In this document: piece after piece, positions 14,580 through 24,477 of the stretch
Numbering within the stretch: position 1 is the first letter of the stretch
How the letters are laid out: each line of letters begins with the position of its first letter
Source of the DNA: Thermodesulfobacteriota bacterium
GTDB lineage: Bacteria > Desulfobacterota > WTBG01 > JAGOGO01
Assembly: GCA_026625185.1 (NCBI GenBank)
Contig: CP113000.1
Coordinates: 3,012,651-3,044,650, forward strand
DNA: 32,000 bases
Reading direction: 5' to 3'
Position numbers and translations under genes: made by a program
The notes under the pieces: generated by a model
Told to the model about the DNA's origin: nothing
Database searches by the model: none
The model's input: only the letters and a program-made list of their open reading frames with translations

Positions 14580-17500
14580 GTGCCTGGCCTAAAACTTTTT
14601 ATGAGCAATCGGTTAGAAATCTTGGTTCAAAAATTAGCCGAGGAACTTCAAACTCCCCTCTCCGCGCCTCTAAAAAAAGAAGTGGTCTTAGTACAAAGCA
14701 AAGGGATGGAGCGATGGATATCCATGGAGCTTGCCCGTTATCACGGAATCTGCGCCAATTATCGGTTCCCCTTCCCTAACACCATGCTTGATGAAATCTT
14801 CCGGGGTTTTTTCCCTGATCTGGTCGAGGATTCTCCTTTTCAGCCAAAAATCCTGGCCTGGAAAATCATGAAACATCTTCTTGACTGCCTTACGCAACCG
14901 GGCTTTGAAAGCCTCCACGCCTATGTGGGTAAAGAGCGTGATAGCCTAAAATGTTATCAGATTTCGGAACGCATTGCTTATACCTTTGACCAGTACTTAG
15001 TCTTTCGCCCGGACATGATGCTCAATTGGGAAAAAGGCAAAGAAAATCATTGGCAGGCGCTTCTCTGGAGAACGCTCATCCGTGACGAAAAGAAACCGCA
15101 CCGTACCGCCTTGCGAGAGGATTTTTTTAAGAAAATTCGGACCCACCCGCCGGAAATAAATAACCTTCCGGAGAGAATCTCAGTTTTCGGAATATCTTCT
15201 TTACCTCCTTTTCATATGGAAATGTTTGCCGCCCTATCAAAAATAATCCCGATTACTCTTTTTCTTATGAATCCATGCCGGGAATATTGGGGAGACATTG
15301 TTTCCGACCGGGAAGCACGAAAGCGGGAAAGGAAATTAGCGAGAAAGACGATTTCCACGGAATCTCTTTACTTCGAAAAAGGAAATAGCCTGCTTGCTTC
15401 CTGGGGAACCCTCGGTAAACAGTTTTTCGACTTAGTCTATAACTTTGATCACGATGAACATGAATGTTTCGAAGAACCAACAAAGAATGACCTTCTCGTC
15501 TTCCTTCAATCCGACATCCTCACCCTTCGCGAAAGAGATTCGGATCAAAAGCAAAGCCTATCACAGACTGATACTTCCGTCGAAATCCACTCCTGTCACA
15601 GCCCCATGAGAGAGGTTGAGGTCCTTTATGACAGTATGTTGGCCATGTTTGAAGACCTGCCTGAATTACTTCCCAAGGATATTTTAGTAATGGCCCCGGA
15701 TATTGAGCCTTACACCCCATTTATCCAGGCAGTTTTCGATACCCCGGAAAATGAAGCTCAAAAGATTCCTCACACTATCGCCGATCAAAGCATAAAAAGT
15801 GAAAGCAGCGTTATCAAAACCTTTCTTTCTATCCTTGATCTGGAGGGGAGTCGTTTTGGAGCATCCCAGATAATGTCCATTCTCGAATTACCATCCATCT
15901 ACCGCAGGTTTGCTTTAGAAGAACCTGATTTAGATGTTATCAAGCGCTGGATAGATCAAACCGGGATCAGATGGGGGATTGACGAAACGACCCGGGAACA
16001 GAAGGGACTGCCTTCGTTTTCTGAAAATACCTGGAGGTTTGGTCTTAATCGCCTCATTTTAGGCTATGCCTTACCGGCCAAAGAGGAAAAAACTTTTCAC
16101 ACCATTCTTCCTTATGACCAGGTTGAAGATAGTTCCGCTCGCGTGCTCGGCAATTTTTTATCATTCATTGAAAAGCTTTTATCTTCCATCAACTCTCTTG
16201 ACCGGACCCGCGCATTGAATGAGTGGAGTGAGGAACTTCTCCGGATATTGGATACATTTATCCTTGGTGATGACCAGACTGAGCGGGAAATTTTATTCAT
16301 CCGGTCAACCATAAACAGCCTCGCCTTGATTCAGGAAAAATCAGGTTTTGATAAAAAAATTGAACTTCCGATAATCCGATCTTATCTTCAGAAGTATTGT
16401 GAAAAAGAAGGTTTCGGGTTTGGTTTTATGTCCGGAGGAGTAACCTTCTGCACTATGCTGCCGATGCGGAGTATCCCTTTTAAAATCATTTGCCTTTTGG
16501 GAATGAATAATGATGCTTATCCCCGCGAGTCACGGCATGTAAGTTTTGACCTCATTGCCCGGCATCCAATGCCCGGAGACCGATCCCGTCGGAACGATGA
16601 TCGTTACCTTTTCCTGGAAGCCGTCCTTTCTGCCCGCCAAAAGCTCTATATAAGCTACGTTGGTCAAAGCATTCAGGACAACAGCATTATTCCGCCTTCG
16701 GTAGTCGTAAGCGAACTTCTCGACTATATCGAACAAGGGTTTGCTATCTCCGAAAAAAATATCAAGGATCACCTTTTCATCACCCACCGCCTCCAGGCCT
16801 TTAGTCCGGCATATTTTAAAAAAAAAGGAAGACTCAAAAGTTTCTCGAAAGATAATTATGATGCTGCCCTAACTGAAAGGGGAGCATCGAAAAACGCCCA
16901 ACCATTTATATCGCGGGGACTTTCTCAGCCTGATGAGCAATTTAAAGAGATTGAGCTTTCTTCGCTGATTAAATTTTATGCCAATCCTGCTAAATTTTTT
17001 CTCAACCGGCGGTTAGGAATATTTCTTGAGGAGAAAACCCCGGTCTTAAGCGAGCGTGAACCATTTGACCTCAAAGGACTTGAAAAGTACGCGCTTGAAC
17101 AGACGCTCCTGCAAAAAAGTCTTGCGAACAATGACCTCACTGAGTATCTATCTGCAGTGAAAGCATCCGGGAAAATACCTCCGGGAACTTTGGGTGAATA
17201 CCTTTACCAAAAGTCTCGGGAGGAAGTGGAACGGTTTGCTCATACCATAAAACCCTATATCACCGAAACGCCTCTTAACCCAATTGAGTTTAATCTGAAA
17301 ATTGCCGACTATACGCTTTCCGGGCAAATAGACACCATCTTTGAGTCGGGATTAATCCACTACCGTTATACGAAGGTAAAAATAAAAGATCGCCTTAAGA
17401 TTTGGATCTATCACCTCGTGCTTAACAGTATGGAGCGTGCACAGTATCCAAAAAAAAGTATATTTATCGGAGAAGACACCATGGTGGTTTTGTTTTCAGT

Positions 17501-17822
17501 GCCAGAAAGCGATAAAATCCTTTTAAACCTTATCAAAAAATACTGGGAAGGTCTCTCAAAACCCCTGCCTTTTTTCCCGGAAGCTTCGTGGGAATATGCC
17601 CATGCGATCCTCGGAAAAAAAATGGCGGATGAAGAAGCAATGAGAAAAGCCCGGGATAAATGGGAAGGAGACGATTATTATCGGGGTGAAAGTCACGAGC
17701 CGTCTTGCCGGCTCTGCTTTGGGACAGGTGATCCTCTTAATGGTGAATTCAGGAGGATTGCCCGGGAAATTTTTGAACCGATGATTAAATGCCAGGAGAA
17801 AGGTAGTGTCAGTAGTCAGTAG
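14580..17822 (+). CDS. recC: Exodeoxyribonuclease V gamma subunit RecC
   Basis: About 1080 aa. The N-terminus LKLFMSNRLEILVQKL parallels E. coli MLRVYHSNRLDVL, and it lies directly upstream of recB and recD. The start is ambiguous (GTG 14574, GTG 14580 with gagg SD 5 nt upstream, or ATG 14601). Confidence 0.9.
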   Translation: MPGLKLFMSNRLEILVQKLAEELQTPLSAPLKKEVVLVQSKGMERWISMELARYHGICANYRFPFPNTMLDEIFRGFFPDLVEDSPFQPKILAWKIMKHLLDCLTQPGFESLHAYVGKERDSLKCYQISERIAYTFDQYLVFRPDMMLNWEKGKENHWQALLWRTLIRDEKKPHRTALREDFFKKIRTHPPEINNLPERISVFGISSLPPFHMEMFAALSKIIPITLFLMNPCREYWGDIVSDREARKRERKLARKTISTESLYFEKGNSLLASWGTLGKQFFDLVYNFDHDEHECFEEPTKNDLLVFLQSDILTLRERDSDQKQSLSQTDTSVEIHSCHSPMREVEVLYDSMLAMFEDLPELLPKDILVMAPDIEPYTPFIQAVFDTPENEAQKIPHTIADQSIKSESSVIKTFLSILDLEGSRFGASQIMSILELPSIYRRFALEEPDLDVIKRWIDQTGIRWGIDETTREQKGLPSFSENTWRFGLNRLILGYALPAKEEKTFHTILPYDQVEDSSARVLGNFLSFIEKLLSSINSLDRTRALNEWSEELLRILDTFILGDDQTEREILFIRSTINSLALIQEKSGFDKKIELPIIRSYLQKYCEKEGFGFGFMSGGVTFCTMLPMRSIPFKIICLLGMNNDAYPRESRHVSFDLIARHPMPGDRSRRNDDRYLFLEAVLSARQKLYISYVGQSIQDNSIIPPSVVVSELLDYIEQGFAISEKNIKDHLFITHRLQAFSPAYFKKKGRLKSFSKDNYDAALTERGASKNAQPFISRGLSQPDEQFKEIELSSLIKFYANPAKFFLNRRLGIFLEEKTPVLSEREPFDLKGLEKYALEQTLLQKSLANNDLTEYLSAVKASGKIPPGTLGEYLYQKSREEVERFAHTIKPYITETPLNPIEFNLKIADYTLSGQIDTIFESGLIHYRYTKVKIKDRLKIWIYHLVLNSMERAQYPKKSIFIGEDTMVVLFSVPESDKILLNLIKKYWEGLSKPLPFFPEASWEYAHAILGKKMADEEAMRKARDKWEGDDYYRGESHEPSCRLCFGTGDPLNGEFRRIAREIFEPMIKCQEKGSVSSQ

Positions 17823-17859
17823 TCAGTAGTCAGTAGTCAGTAGTCAGTAGTCAGTAGTT
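17804..17859 (+). repeat. Heptanucleotide microsatellite (AGTAGTC), 6 perfect units plus degenerate flanking units, overlapping the recC stop codon
   Basis: Perfect units 17811-17852, an imperfect agtagtt at 17853-17859, and a degenerate tagtgtc before. The recC TAG is at 17820-17822. Confidence 0.95.
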
Positions 17860-17932
17860 GGTTGTTAGTGAAAATTAAAAGTTTTCTCGCGGCATTCACA
17901 AAAAGATTATTAAGACTAACACTAACAACTAA

Positions 17933-18151
17933 AGTAAACGACATAAATAAGTTGACATTGAGAATTTTATCCCAATCCGCCCCAGTTCCCTCAACGTCAT
18001 TCCCGCGAAGGCGGGAATCCAGACTTCGTCCCCGCGAAAGCTGGGAACCAGGAAAGAACAAAAAACCCTGGATTCCGCATCAAGTGCGGAATGACAATAG
18101 CGGGGCCACGGCGTGACAAAAAAGAATGCCTCTTTATTTATGTCGTTCACT
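17933..18151 (+). mobile_element. MITE-like element, copy 2 (219 bp) in the recC-recB intergenic region
   Basis: 5' end agtaaacgacataaataa; 3' end ttatttatgtcgttcact. Internal hairpins attcccgc-gaag-gcgggaat and attccgca-tcaa-gtgcggaat. Same orientation as copy 1. Confidence 0.8.
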
Positions 18152-18172
18152 ATAACCTTTGTTTGGTAATAT

Positions 18173-21100
18173 ATGGATGAAAGAAAACCGTTCGATCTTT
18201 TAGCAAACCCTCTGGAGGGAATAAATCTTATTGAAGCCAGCGCCGGAACCGGCAAGACTTTTACTATCGCCGGGCTTTTTTTAAGGCTGATACTGGAAAA
18301 AAATCTTTTGGTAAACGAAATTCTGGTCGTTACTTTTACGAAAGCCGCAACCGCAGAGCTTAACGATAGAATTCGCAATCTGCTCAAGGAAGCAATCGAG
18401 GGATTTTCACGAGGTCAAAGTGACGATGAATTCCTGAATAGCCTCATCAAACAATGTCCTGATCCTCTGCCGAGTTTAAAACACCTCAAACAAGCGCTGC
18501 GGGATTTTGATGAAGCCGCGATATTTACTATTCATGGTTTTTGCCAAAGAATGCTTAAGGAGCACGCTTTCGAAAGCAGTCTTCTTTTTGATACTGAGCT
18601 TATCATTGATGAGGAAGCCCTGAAGCAAGAGATTATCGATGACTTCTGGCGCATCAACTTTAATAATGTTTCACCCCTTTTTATTCATTATGCTTTGAAC
18701 AACCACTGCACTCCAGAAAACCTCCTCAAACTGGTGAGGGCCTATTCGGATAAACCACTGCTTAAGGTTATACCCAAGGTAACCATTCCTGACTCCATCC
18801 AGGAAGAAAAAGAATTTGACGAAGCCTTTAATAAAGCCCGCGAGAGCTGGAAGTCTTCGAAAACGGACGTAGAGAAAATTCTTGCCGGTCGGGTCGGCTT
18901 TAAACAATCGGTTGTTTCTAAGGTTTCTGAATTAATTATCGGTTTAGATAATTTTTTTAATGCTGGCGGTAATAACTTTACCTTATTCGATCAATTTGAA
19001 ATGTGCACGCGGAGTGGAGTTAAAAAAGCAACGAAAAAGAACTATGAACCGCCTCAGCATCCATTTTTTGACTTTTGTGAGATCTTAAAAGAAAAGCAGG
19101 AGGCCCTTTCCTGCGCCTATAAGCAACGCCTCATCGGGTTAAAAACCTCTCTTTTTACTTTTCTCCACCAGTCGCTTTGGAAGCAAAAACAAACAAGAAA
19201 CGTGCAGTCTTTCTACGATCTCCTGGTTAAACTTCGAAGCGCCTTGGCAGATAAGTCAGGCGCGGAACTGGCCAAAGTAATCAGAGCTAAATACCATGCC
19301 GCCTTAATTGATGAATTTCAGGACACCGATCCCCTTCAGTATGAAATTTTTCATAACATTTTTAAAGACAAGGGGGGGATCCTTTTCCTTATTGGCGATC
19401 CTAAACAAGCAATTTATAGTTTCCGAGGGGCAGACATCTTCGCGTACCTGCATGCGATCTCCCAGGTTGAAACCAAATATACACTCAAGGAAAACTGGCG
19501 GTCAGATCCTCAATTGATTAATGCGGTTAATACTATTTTCTCCCGGGTTAAAGATCCGTTTGTCTTTGAGGCGATTAAATTCCAAGAGGCATCCGCGGCA
19601 AAAAATAAAGAAGCTGATCAGCTTATCATTGCCGGCATTCCTGAGCCTCCCTTGCAACTCTGGTTTCTTGATGCGGACAAGCTGGAAAGCAATCGTTTAA
19701 CCAAAAAGGGTAAATTTATTAAAAAACCGGAGGCGCGCGACCTTATTTTAAGAGCCGTGGCCGCGAAAATAGTATACCTTCTCCATCAGGGAAAAGAAAA
19801 GCACGCTTTTATCGGACAACGTCCGATTAAAGAGCAGGATATCGCTGTTCTGGTGAGAACTAATCGCGAGGCCGCATTGATGCAACACGTTCTCAGCGAA
19901 CTTAACGTCCCCAGTGTTCTTTATACCACCGGCAATCTCTTTGATTCCCGAGAAGCGTATGAACTTTTGAGAATATTAGAAGGAATCACTGAGCCGCATA
20001 ATGAAAAATTAGTAAAAGCTGCCGTGACAACCGATATCCTTGGGATTCAGGCAGAAGAACTTGAAAATTTACTTGCTCATGAGGCGGATTGGACAGTGTG
20101 GCTCAATAAATTCATTGACCACCACGCCCGATGGCGTAGCCACAACTTTTTCAGCATGTTTCGTTACCTGCTTTTTCAGGAAAAGGTACGCGCCCGTCTT
20201 TTGTCATTTTCCGACGGGGAACGCCGCTTGACTAATTTGCTTCACCTGGCTGAGGTTCTCCATCAAGAGGAACACCAAAAACAGCTCACTATGGGTGGTC
20301 TTACAAAATGGCTCTCGGAACAGATCAATCCTGAGCTTCCCCGTCTCGAAGAGCATCAACTCCGCCTGGAAACCGATGAGTATGCCGTTAAAATAGTAAC
20401 CATCCATAAAAGCAAAGGGCTGGAGTACCCGGTGGTTTTCTGTCCTTTTCTCTGGGATAAATCAAAAATCAGGAATGCGAATGAACCTTTTGTTTTTCAC
20501 GACAACACGGAATCAATCTTAGACCTGGGATCGGAGCACAAAAATAAAAACCGCGCTTTAGCTGAAAAAGAAATTCTGTCCGAAAATGTGCGACTTCTCT
20601 ATGTGGCGCTAACCAGAGCAAAAAACTGCTGTTATACGGTCTGGGGACGTTTTAATGAAGCAGGTTCGTCAGCCATGTCCTATCTTTTTCACTCGGGTAA
20701 AAAAAATGATGAAAAAAATATCGTTGATGCCCTTGAAAGTTCGTTTAACGAGTTAACGAATGATCAGATGAAAGAGGTATTGAAGAACCTGGAAGCAGAA
20801 GCACAGGGAGCCATAGGCATCCACGAAATATCCGAACCGGTTTCTCTCCGGCACGGGCCCTTCAGGGAGAAAAATGAAGCACTATCGTTTAAACTTTTTT
20901 CCGGGCATATTGACCGAACCTGGAAAATTTCGAGTTTTTCGTCTTTGGCGGCCGAGAAGCAATCGCTCCTTGAACCTCAGTTTTATTCTTTTCCCGAGCT
21001 TCCTGATTATGATCAGGAAATTCAAAGCGAAAGAATTTCCGAAAAAGAACCAACCGGTATTTTTGCTTTTCCACGGGGAGCTAAATCCGGGTCTTTTATG

Positions 21101-21799
21101 CATGACCTGTTTGAACATCTTGATTTTACTGAAAAGGATGAGGCGGTAATAAAAACATTGGTGGATGAAAAACTGATTCTGCATGGCTTTGACATCTGCT
21201 GGCAGGAGACTATTTTTGATATGATTAAAAAGGTGCTCTCTGTTCCCCTTCATCCTGATCAAAAAAACCTTACCCTCTCTTCAATACCGGAAAGCAATAA
21301 GGTAAGCGAACTGGAGTTTTATTTTCCTTTACAAACTCTTTCATCCGAAAAACTGAAAAATATATTTTTAAAATACGGTAACGATAACCTCCCCGGAGAC
21401 TTTCCTGAACAAATCGGAAAACTCCAGTTTGCTCCTGCCCGAGGCTTTATGAGGGGCTTTATTGATCTTGTCTTCCGGTTCCGAGATTCTTTTTACGTGA
21501 TCGACTGGAAGTCAAATTTCCTCGGAACTAACGTTGAGGACTATCACCACGAAAAGCTCGCCACAGTTATGTCGGAGGAATATTACCACCTCCAATACCT
21601 TCTTTATACGGTGGCATTGGATAAATACCTGTGCAAACACGCATCCAATTACCGGTATGAAAAACATTTTGGGGGAGTTTTTTATCTTTTTTTACGGGGC
21701 ATTGATCCGGGAAAAGGTTCGACGTTTGGGATATACCGCTCCCGGCCTTCGGAAAAACTAATCCATGAATTGAGTCAAAATCTAATAGCTTTTTCGTAA
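18173..21799 (+). CDS. recB: Exodeoxyribonuclease V beta subunit RecB (SF1A helicase plus PD-(D/E)xK nuclease)
   Basis: EASAGTGKTFTI Walker A, LIDEFQDTD, FLIGDPKQAIYSFRGAD, TIHKSKGLEYP and LLYVALTRA. C-terminal nuclease motifs GFIDLVF and VIDWKSN...YHLQYLLY. Confidence 0.95.
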   Translation: MDERKPFDLLANPLEGINLIEASAGTGKTFTIAGLFLRLILEKNLLVNEILVVTFTKAATAELNDRIRNLLKEAIEGFSRGQSDDEFLNSLIKQCPDPLPSLKHLKQALRDFDEAAIFTIHGFCQRMLKEHAFESSLLFDTELIIDEEALKQEIIDDFWRINFNNVSPLFIHYALNNHCTPENLLKLVRAYSDKPLLKVIPKVTIPDSIQEEKEFDEAFNKARESWKSSKTDVEKILAGRVGFKQSVVSKVSELIIGLDNFFNAGGNNFTLFDQFEMCTRSGVKKATKKNYEPPQHPFFDFCEILKEKQEALSCAYKQRLIGLKTSLFTFLHQSLWKQKQTRNVQSFYDLLVKLRSALADKSGAELAKVIRAKYHAALIDEFQDTDPLQYEIFHNIFKDKGGILFLIGDPKQAIYSFRGADIFAYLHAISQVETKYTLKENWRSDPQLINAVNTIFSRVKDPFVFEAIKFQEASAAKNKEADQLIIAGIPEPPLQLWFLDADKLESNRLTKKGKFIKKPEARDLILRAVAAKIVYLLHQGKEKHAFIGQRPIKEQDIAVLVRTNREAALMQHVLSELNVPSVLYTTGNLFDSREAYELLRILEGITEPHNEKLVKAAVTTDILGIQAEELENLLAHEADWTVWLNKFIDHHARWRSHNFFSMFRYLLFQEKVRARLLSFSDGERRLTNLLHLAEVLHQEEHQKQLTMGGLTKWLSEQINPELPRLEEHQLRLETDEYAVKIVTIHKSKGLEYPVVFCPFLWDKSKIRNANEPFVFHDNTESILDLGSEHKNKNRALAEKEILSENVRLLYVALTRAKNCCYTVWGRFNEAGSSAMSYLFHSGKKNDEKNIVDALESSFNELTNDQMKEVLKNLEAEAQGAIGIHEISEPVSLRHGPFREKNEALSFKLFSGHIDRTWKISSFSSLAAEKQSLLEPQFYSFPELPDYDQEIQSERISEKEPTGIFAFPRGAKSGSFMHDLFEHLDFTEKDEAVIKTLVDEKLILHGFDICWQETIFDMIKKVLSVPLHPDQKNLTLSSIPESNKVSELEFYFPLQTLSSEKLKNIFLKYGNDNLPGDFPEQIGKLQFAPARGFMRGFIDLVFRFRDSFYVIDWKSNFLGTNVEDYHHEKLATVMSEEYYHLQYLLYTVALDKYLCKHASNYRYEKHFGGVFYLFLRGIDPGKGSTFGIYRSRPSEKLIHELSQNLIAFS

Positions 21800-21813
21800 C
21801 TAAAAGTGACGGG

Positions 21814-23649
21814 ATGACCACTGACTATCTACGCCTTCTTTGGGATAAAAATATACTGACATCGCTGGATTTCCATTTTGCTTCTTTTATGACCCGGCTT
21901 TCCGGCGCTGCCTCTCCGGAACTTTCCTTGGCAGCGGCCCTGGTCAGCAAATTCACCCTAGAAGGCCATACCTGCCTTGATCTTTCCTCCCTGGCCGGGA
22001 AACCATTACTCAAAGAAAACGGTAATGCAAGGTGCGTTTGTCCGGAGCTTTTAGTCTGGCGAAAAATTCTGGAACAAAGCACCGTGGTGGGGAAACCCGG
22101 TGAGTTTATGCCGCTCATCCTGGATGATAAATCGAGACTGTATCTTTTTCGTTATTGGGAATATGAAAAAAAATTAGCGGAAGGAATCAGAAATCGAGCC
22201 AAACAAAATGCTGACGGCGTGGATATTAATCTGCTTACCGAAGGTCTTGACCGGCTTTTTCCAAAAAACCAAGACTCCGATACTGATTGGCAAAAGGCAG
22301 CGGCTGCTAACTCAGTATTAAAAAAGTTTTCAGTTATTTCCGGGGGGCCAGGAACCGGAAAAACCTTTACCGTGATAAAAATCCTAACTCTGCTTTTAGA
22401 ACAGACAAAAAATCAAAAACTGCGCATCGCTCTTGCCGCGCCCACCGGTAAGGGCGCGGCGCGGCTCCAAGAAGCCATTAAAAATACCAAAAAAATTTTA
22501 AGCTGTTCGGAAAGGATTAAAGAAGCTATCCCGGATGAGACTTCCACCGTCCACCGGTTACTGGGAAGCATCGCCGGTTCACCTTTTTTTCGTTATAACG
22601 CTGAAAACCAGCTCCCGGTTGATGTTATGGTTATTGATGAAGTATCCATGGTATCCCTTTCTCTGATGGCTAAGGTCCATGATGCCGTGCCCCTCGATGC
22701 ACGGATGATCCTTTTGGGGGATAAGGACCAGCTGGCATCAGTCGAACCCGGTTCAGTACTCGGAGATATCTGCGATACCGGTAAAGTGCATAGTTTTTCC
22801 CAACCTCATCGTGACACACTCAAGAAAGTTAACATAGTAATACCATCCCACATTGATGCGGGGCCGAGCGTTCAGGATGCGATTGTTCAGTTGGAGAAAA
22901 GTTTTCGATTTGAAAAAGAAAGCGGCATTAAAGAGCTTAGTGACGCGGTAAACGATGGCGACGGTAATCGCGCCTTTTCCCTTTTAAAAAACGTACACTA
23001 TCCGGCAATCTCCTGGAACACATTACCCGCACCAAAAGATCTGCCTTTGCATTTAAAAGACAAAATTCTCAAGGGATGGGAAGAGTATTTAAAAACCCGG
23101 GACCCGAAAAACGCTCTTGCCTTGTTTGATCAGCACCGGATACTCTGTGCATTGAGAGAAGGTCCTTATGGCGTAAGGTATTTAAATTTTTTAATTGAGC
23201 AGCTCCTGAGAAGAGAAAAAATTATTGCCCTTCACCAAAAATGGTACTCCGGCCGTCCCCTCATGATAACCAGCAACGACTATAGTTTGAGGCTTTTTAA
23301 TGGTGACGTGGGAATCGTCCTGCCGGATGAAGAGAATGCTGATAAACTTCGCGCATTTTTCCCCACCTCGGATGGGAATATCAGAAAATTCTCCCTCTTC
23401 CGGCTACCGGAACACGAAACTGTTTATGCTTTGACAATCCACAAAAGTCAGGGTTCGGAGTTTGATGAAATACTTGTAATTTTGCCGGATACCCCCAGCC
23501 CGGTACTAACCCGGGAACTTATTTATACGGCAATTACCCGAGCAAAAAAAAGAGTTGAAATCTGGGGAAAACAAGAAGTATTCCAAACCGCTGTGGTCTC
23601 ACGAATTGAAAGAACCTCAGGTCTACGGGATGCGCTCTGGGGAAAATAA
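21814..23649 (+). CDS. recD: Exodeoxyribonuclease V alpha subunit RecD (SF1B helicase)
   Basis: ISGGPGTGKTFTV, LAAPTGKGAARL, VIDEVSMVS, LLGDKDQLASVEPG, TIHKSQGSEF and YTAITRAKK. It starts 14 nt after recB. Confidence 0.95.
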   Translation: MTTDYLRLLWDKNILTSLDFHFASFMTRLSGAASPELSLAAALVSKFTLEGHTCLDLSSLAGKPLLKENGNARCVCPELLVWRKILEQSTVVGKPGEFMPLILDDKSRLYLFRYWEYEKKLAEGIRNRAKQNADGVDINLLTEGLDRLFPKNQDSDTDWQKAAAANSVLKKFSVISGGPGTGKTFTVIKILTLLLEQTKNQKLRIALAAPTGKGAARLQEAIKNTKKILSCSERIKEAIPDETSTVHRLLGSIAGSPFFRYNAENQLPVDVMVIDEVSMVSLSLMAKVHDAVPLDARMILLGDKDQLASVEPGSVLGDICDTGKVHSFSQPHRDTLKKVNIVIPSHIDAGPSVQDAIVQLEKSFRFEKESGIKELSDAVNDGDGNRAFSLLKNVHYPAISWNTLPAPKDLPLHLKDKILKGWEEYLKTRDPKNALALFDQHRILCALREGPYGVRYLNFLIEQLLRREKIIALHQKWYSGRPLMITSNDYSLRLFNGDVGIVLPDEENADKLRAFFPTSDGNIRKFSLFRLPEHETVYALTIHKSQGSEFDEILVILPDTPSPVLTRELIYTAITRAKKRVEIWGKQEVFQTAVVSRIERTSGLRDALWGK

Positions 23650-23734
23650 AATTTTTGATAAGGTTACGCAGGGGAAGCGTGTTGAATAAAAGCAAAAGAA
23701 AAACGACCGATACACTATTGGGAAAACGGGCTAA

Positions 23735-23858
23735 CGTGCTGCGGATCAGCGGCTGACGGACACGCGAGCCTGCTCGCGGGAACGGCTGTCCGCTGCAACC
23801 GCTTGATGGCCAGGCGCTTAGCGCCGGGGACAGAAAGCGGATGGTAATCCGCAGCACG
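23735..23858. other. G+C-rich Y-shaped inverted-repeat element (12-bp perfect closing stem, two internal stem-loops)
   Basis: cgtgctgcggat (23735-23746) pairs with atccgcagcacg (23847-23858). Inside are cggaca/tgtccg enclosing cgcgag-cctg-ctcgcg, and ccgctt/aagcgg enclosing ggcgc-tta-gcgcc. It lies between the convergent recD and SnoaL-like genes. Confidence 0.4.
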
Positions 23859-24006
23859 ATGGTACGGCGCGAAGCGTCCGCGCCATCGGCGAGCGTAAGC
23901 GCGAGTGGGCGACGTGGGGAAGGGGCCCCGCATTGCCAACGTCCGCCTTCACGCCCTTGTTCGCGCCGGATTTGAGTTTCACGCCACCGACGCGAGTAAC
24001 GCCGAA

Positions 24007-24477
24007 CTAAGTAGGTTTTGCTTCAGAGCCGGCTTTGGCTACAGCCGCCATCAATCGAGTCGAGGTTTCAGGTGAGACAACCCATGTCCATTCGGCGATC
24101 TTATTTCCTCGAAGACGATATAAAGACTTAGTAACCAAGGGCACCCCAAAAGCACGCGTAGTGTCGTTTTGCCACAGTTCAATGGTACTCACGGCGTTTC
24201 CCTGCAATTCAGAGAAGAGTATCCATCCGTTGAAGCCGTACTTGCCTCGGTCCATATCGAACAACTTTCGTATTTCCTGTTTACCTGTCCCGACGGCCAT
24301 GCCCTCTGGGCCGAACTGGGGGAAGTTTTTTCCTGGATCAATCCAGTTCCATATCGCGTCGTCAGTATGGAGTGCCAGCATCGCATTAGTATCATATGAG
24401 TTGTATGCGGCAACGAACTGATTGACGATCTGCATTGACGGATGTTCGTTCGGGATGCGTACATCATTGATCCCCAT
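24007..24477 (-). CDS. NTF2/SnoaL-like fold protein
   Basis: From ATG 24477 (SD gaggag), 156 aa. QIVNQFVAAYNSYDTNAMLALHTDDAIWNW is the typical SnoaL-like opening helix region. The longer ORF-track start has no SD. Confidence 0.55.
   Translation of the reverse strand: MGINDVRIPNEHPSMQIVNQFVAAYNSYDTNAMLALHTDDAIWNWIDPGKNFPQFGPEGMAVGTGKQEIRKLFDMDRGKYGFNGWILFSELQGNAVSTIELWQNDTTRAFGVPLVTKSLYRLRGNKIAEWTWVVSPETSTRLMAAVAKAGSEAKPT

Noticed and set aside
17837-18387. ORFs of 74, 84 and 152 aa across the recC-recB spacer and the recB 5' end
   Set aside because: They read through the heptamer array and MITE hairpins (SRLRGND, IPAFAGMT peptides) or run antisense to the recB N-terminus.
23728-23858. Possible integron attC site (GGCTAAC near the 5' end) or hammerhead ribozyme (CTGACGG...GAAA)
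   Set aside because: The 5' heptamer deviates from RYYYAAC and there is no matching GTTRRRY at the 3' end. The CUGANGA core has G instead of A at the last position. Two hairpins, not one, lie between the putative core strands.
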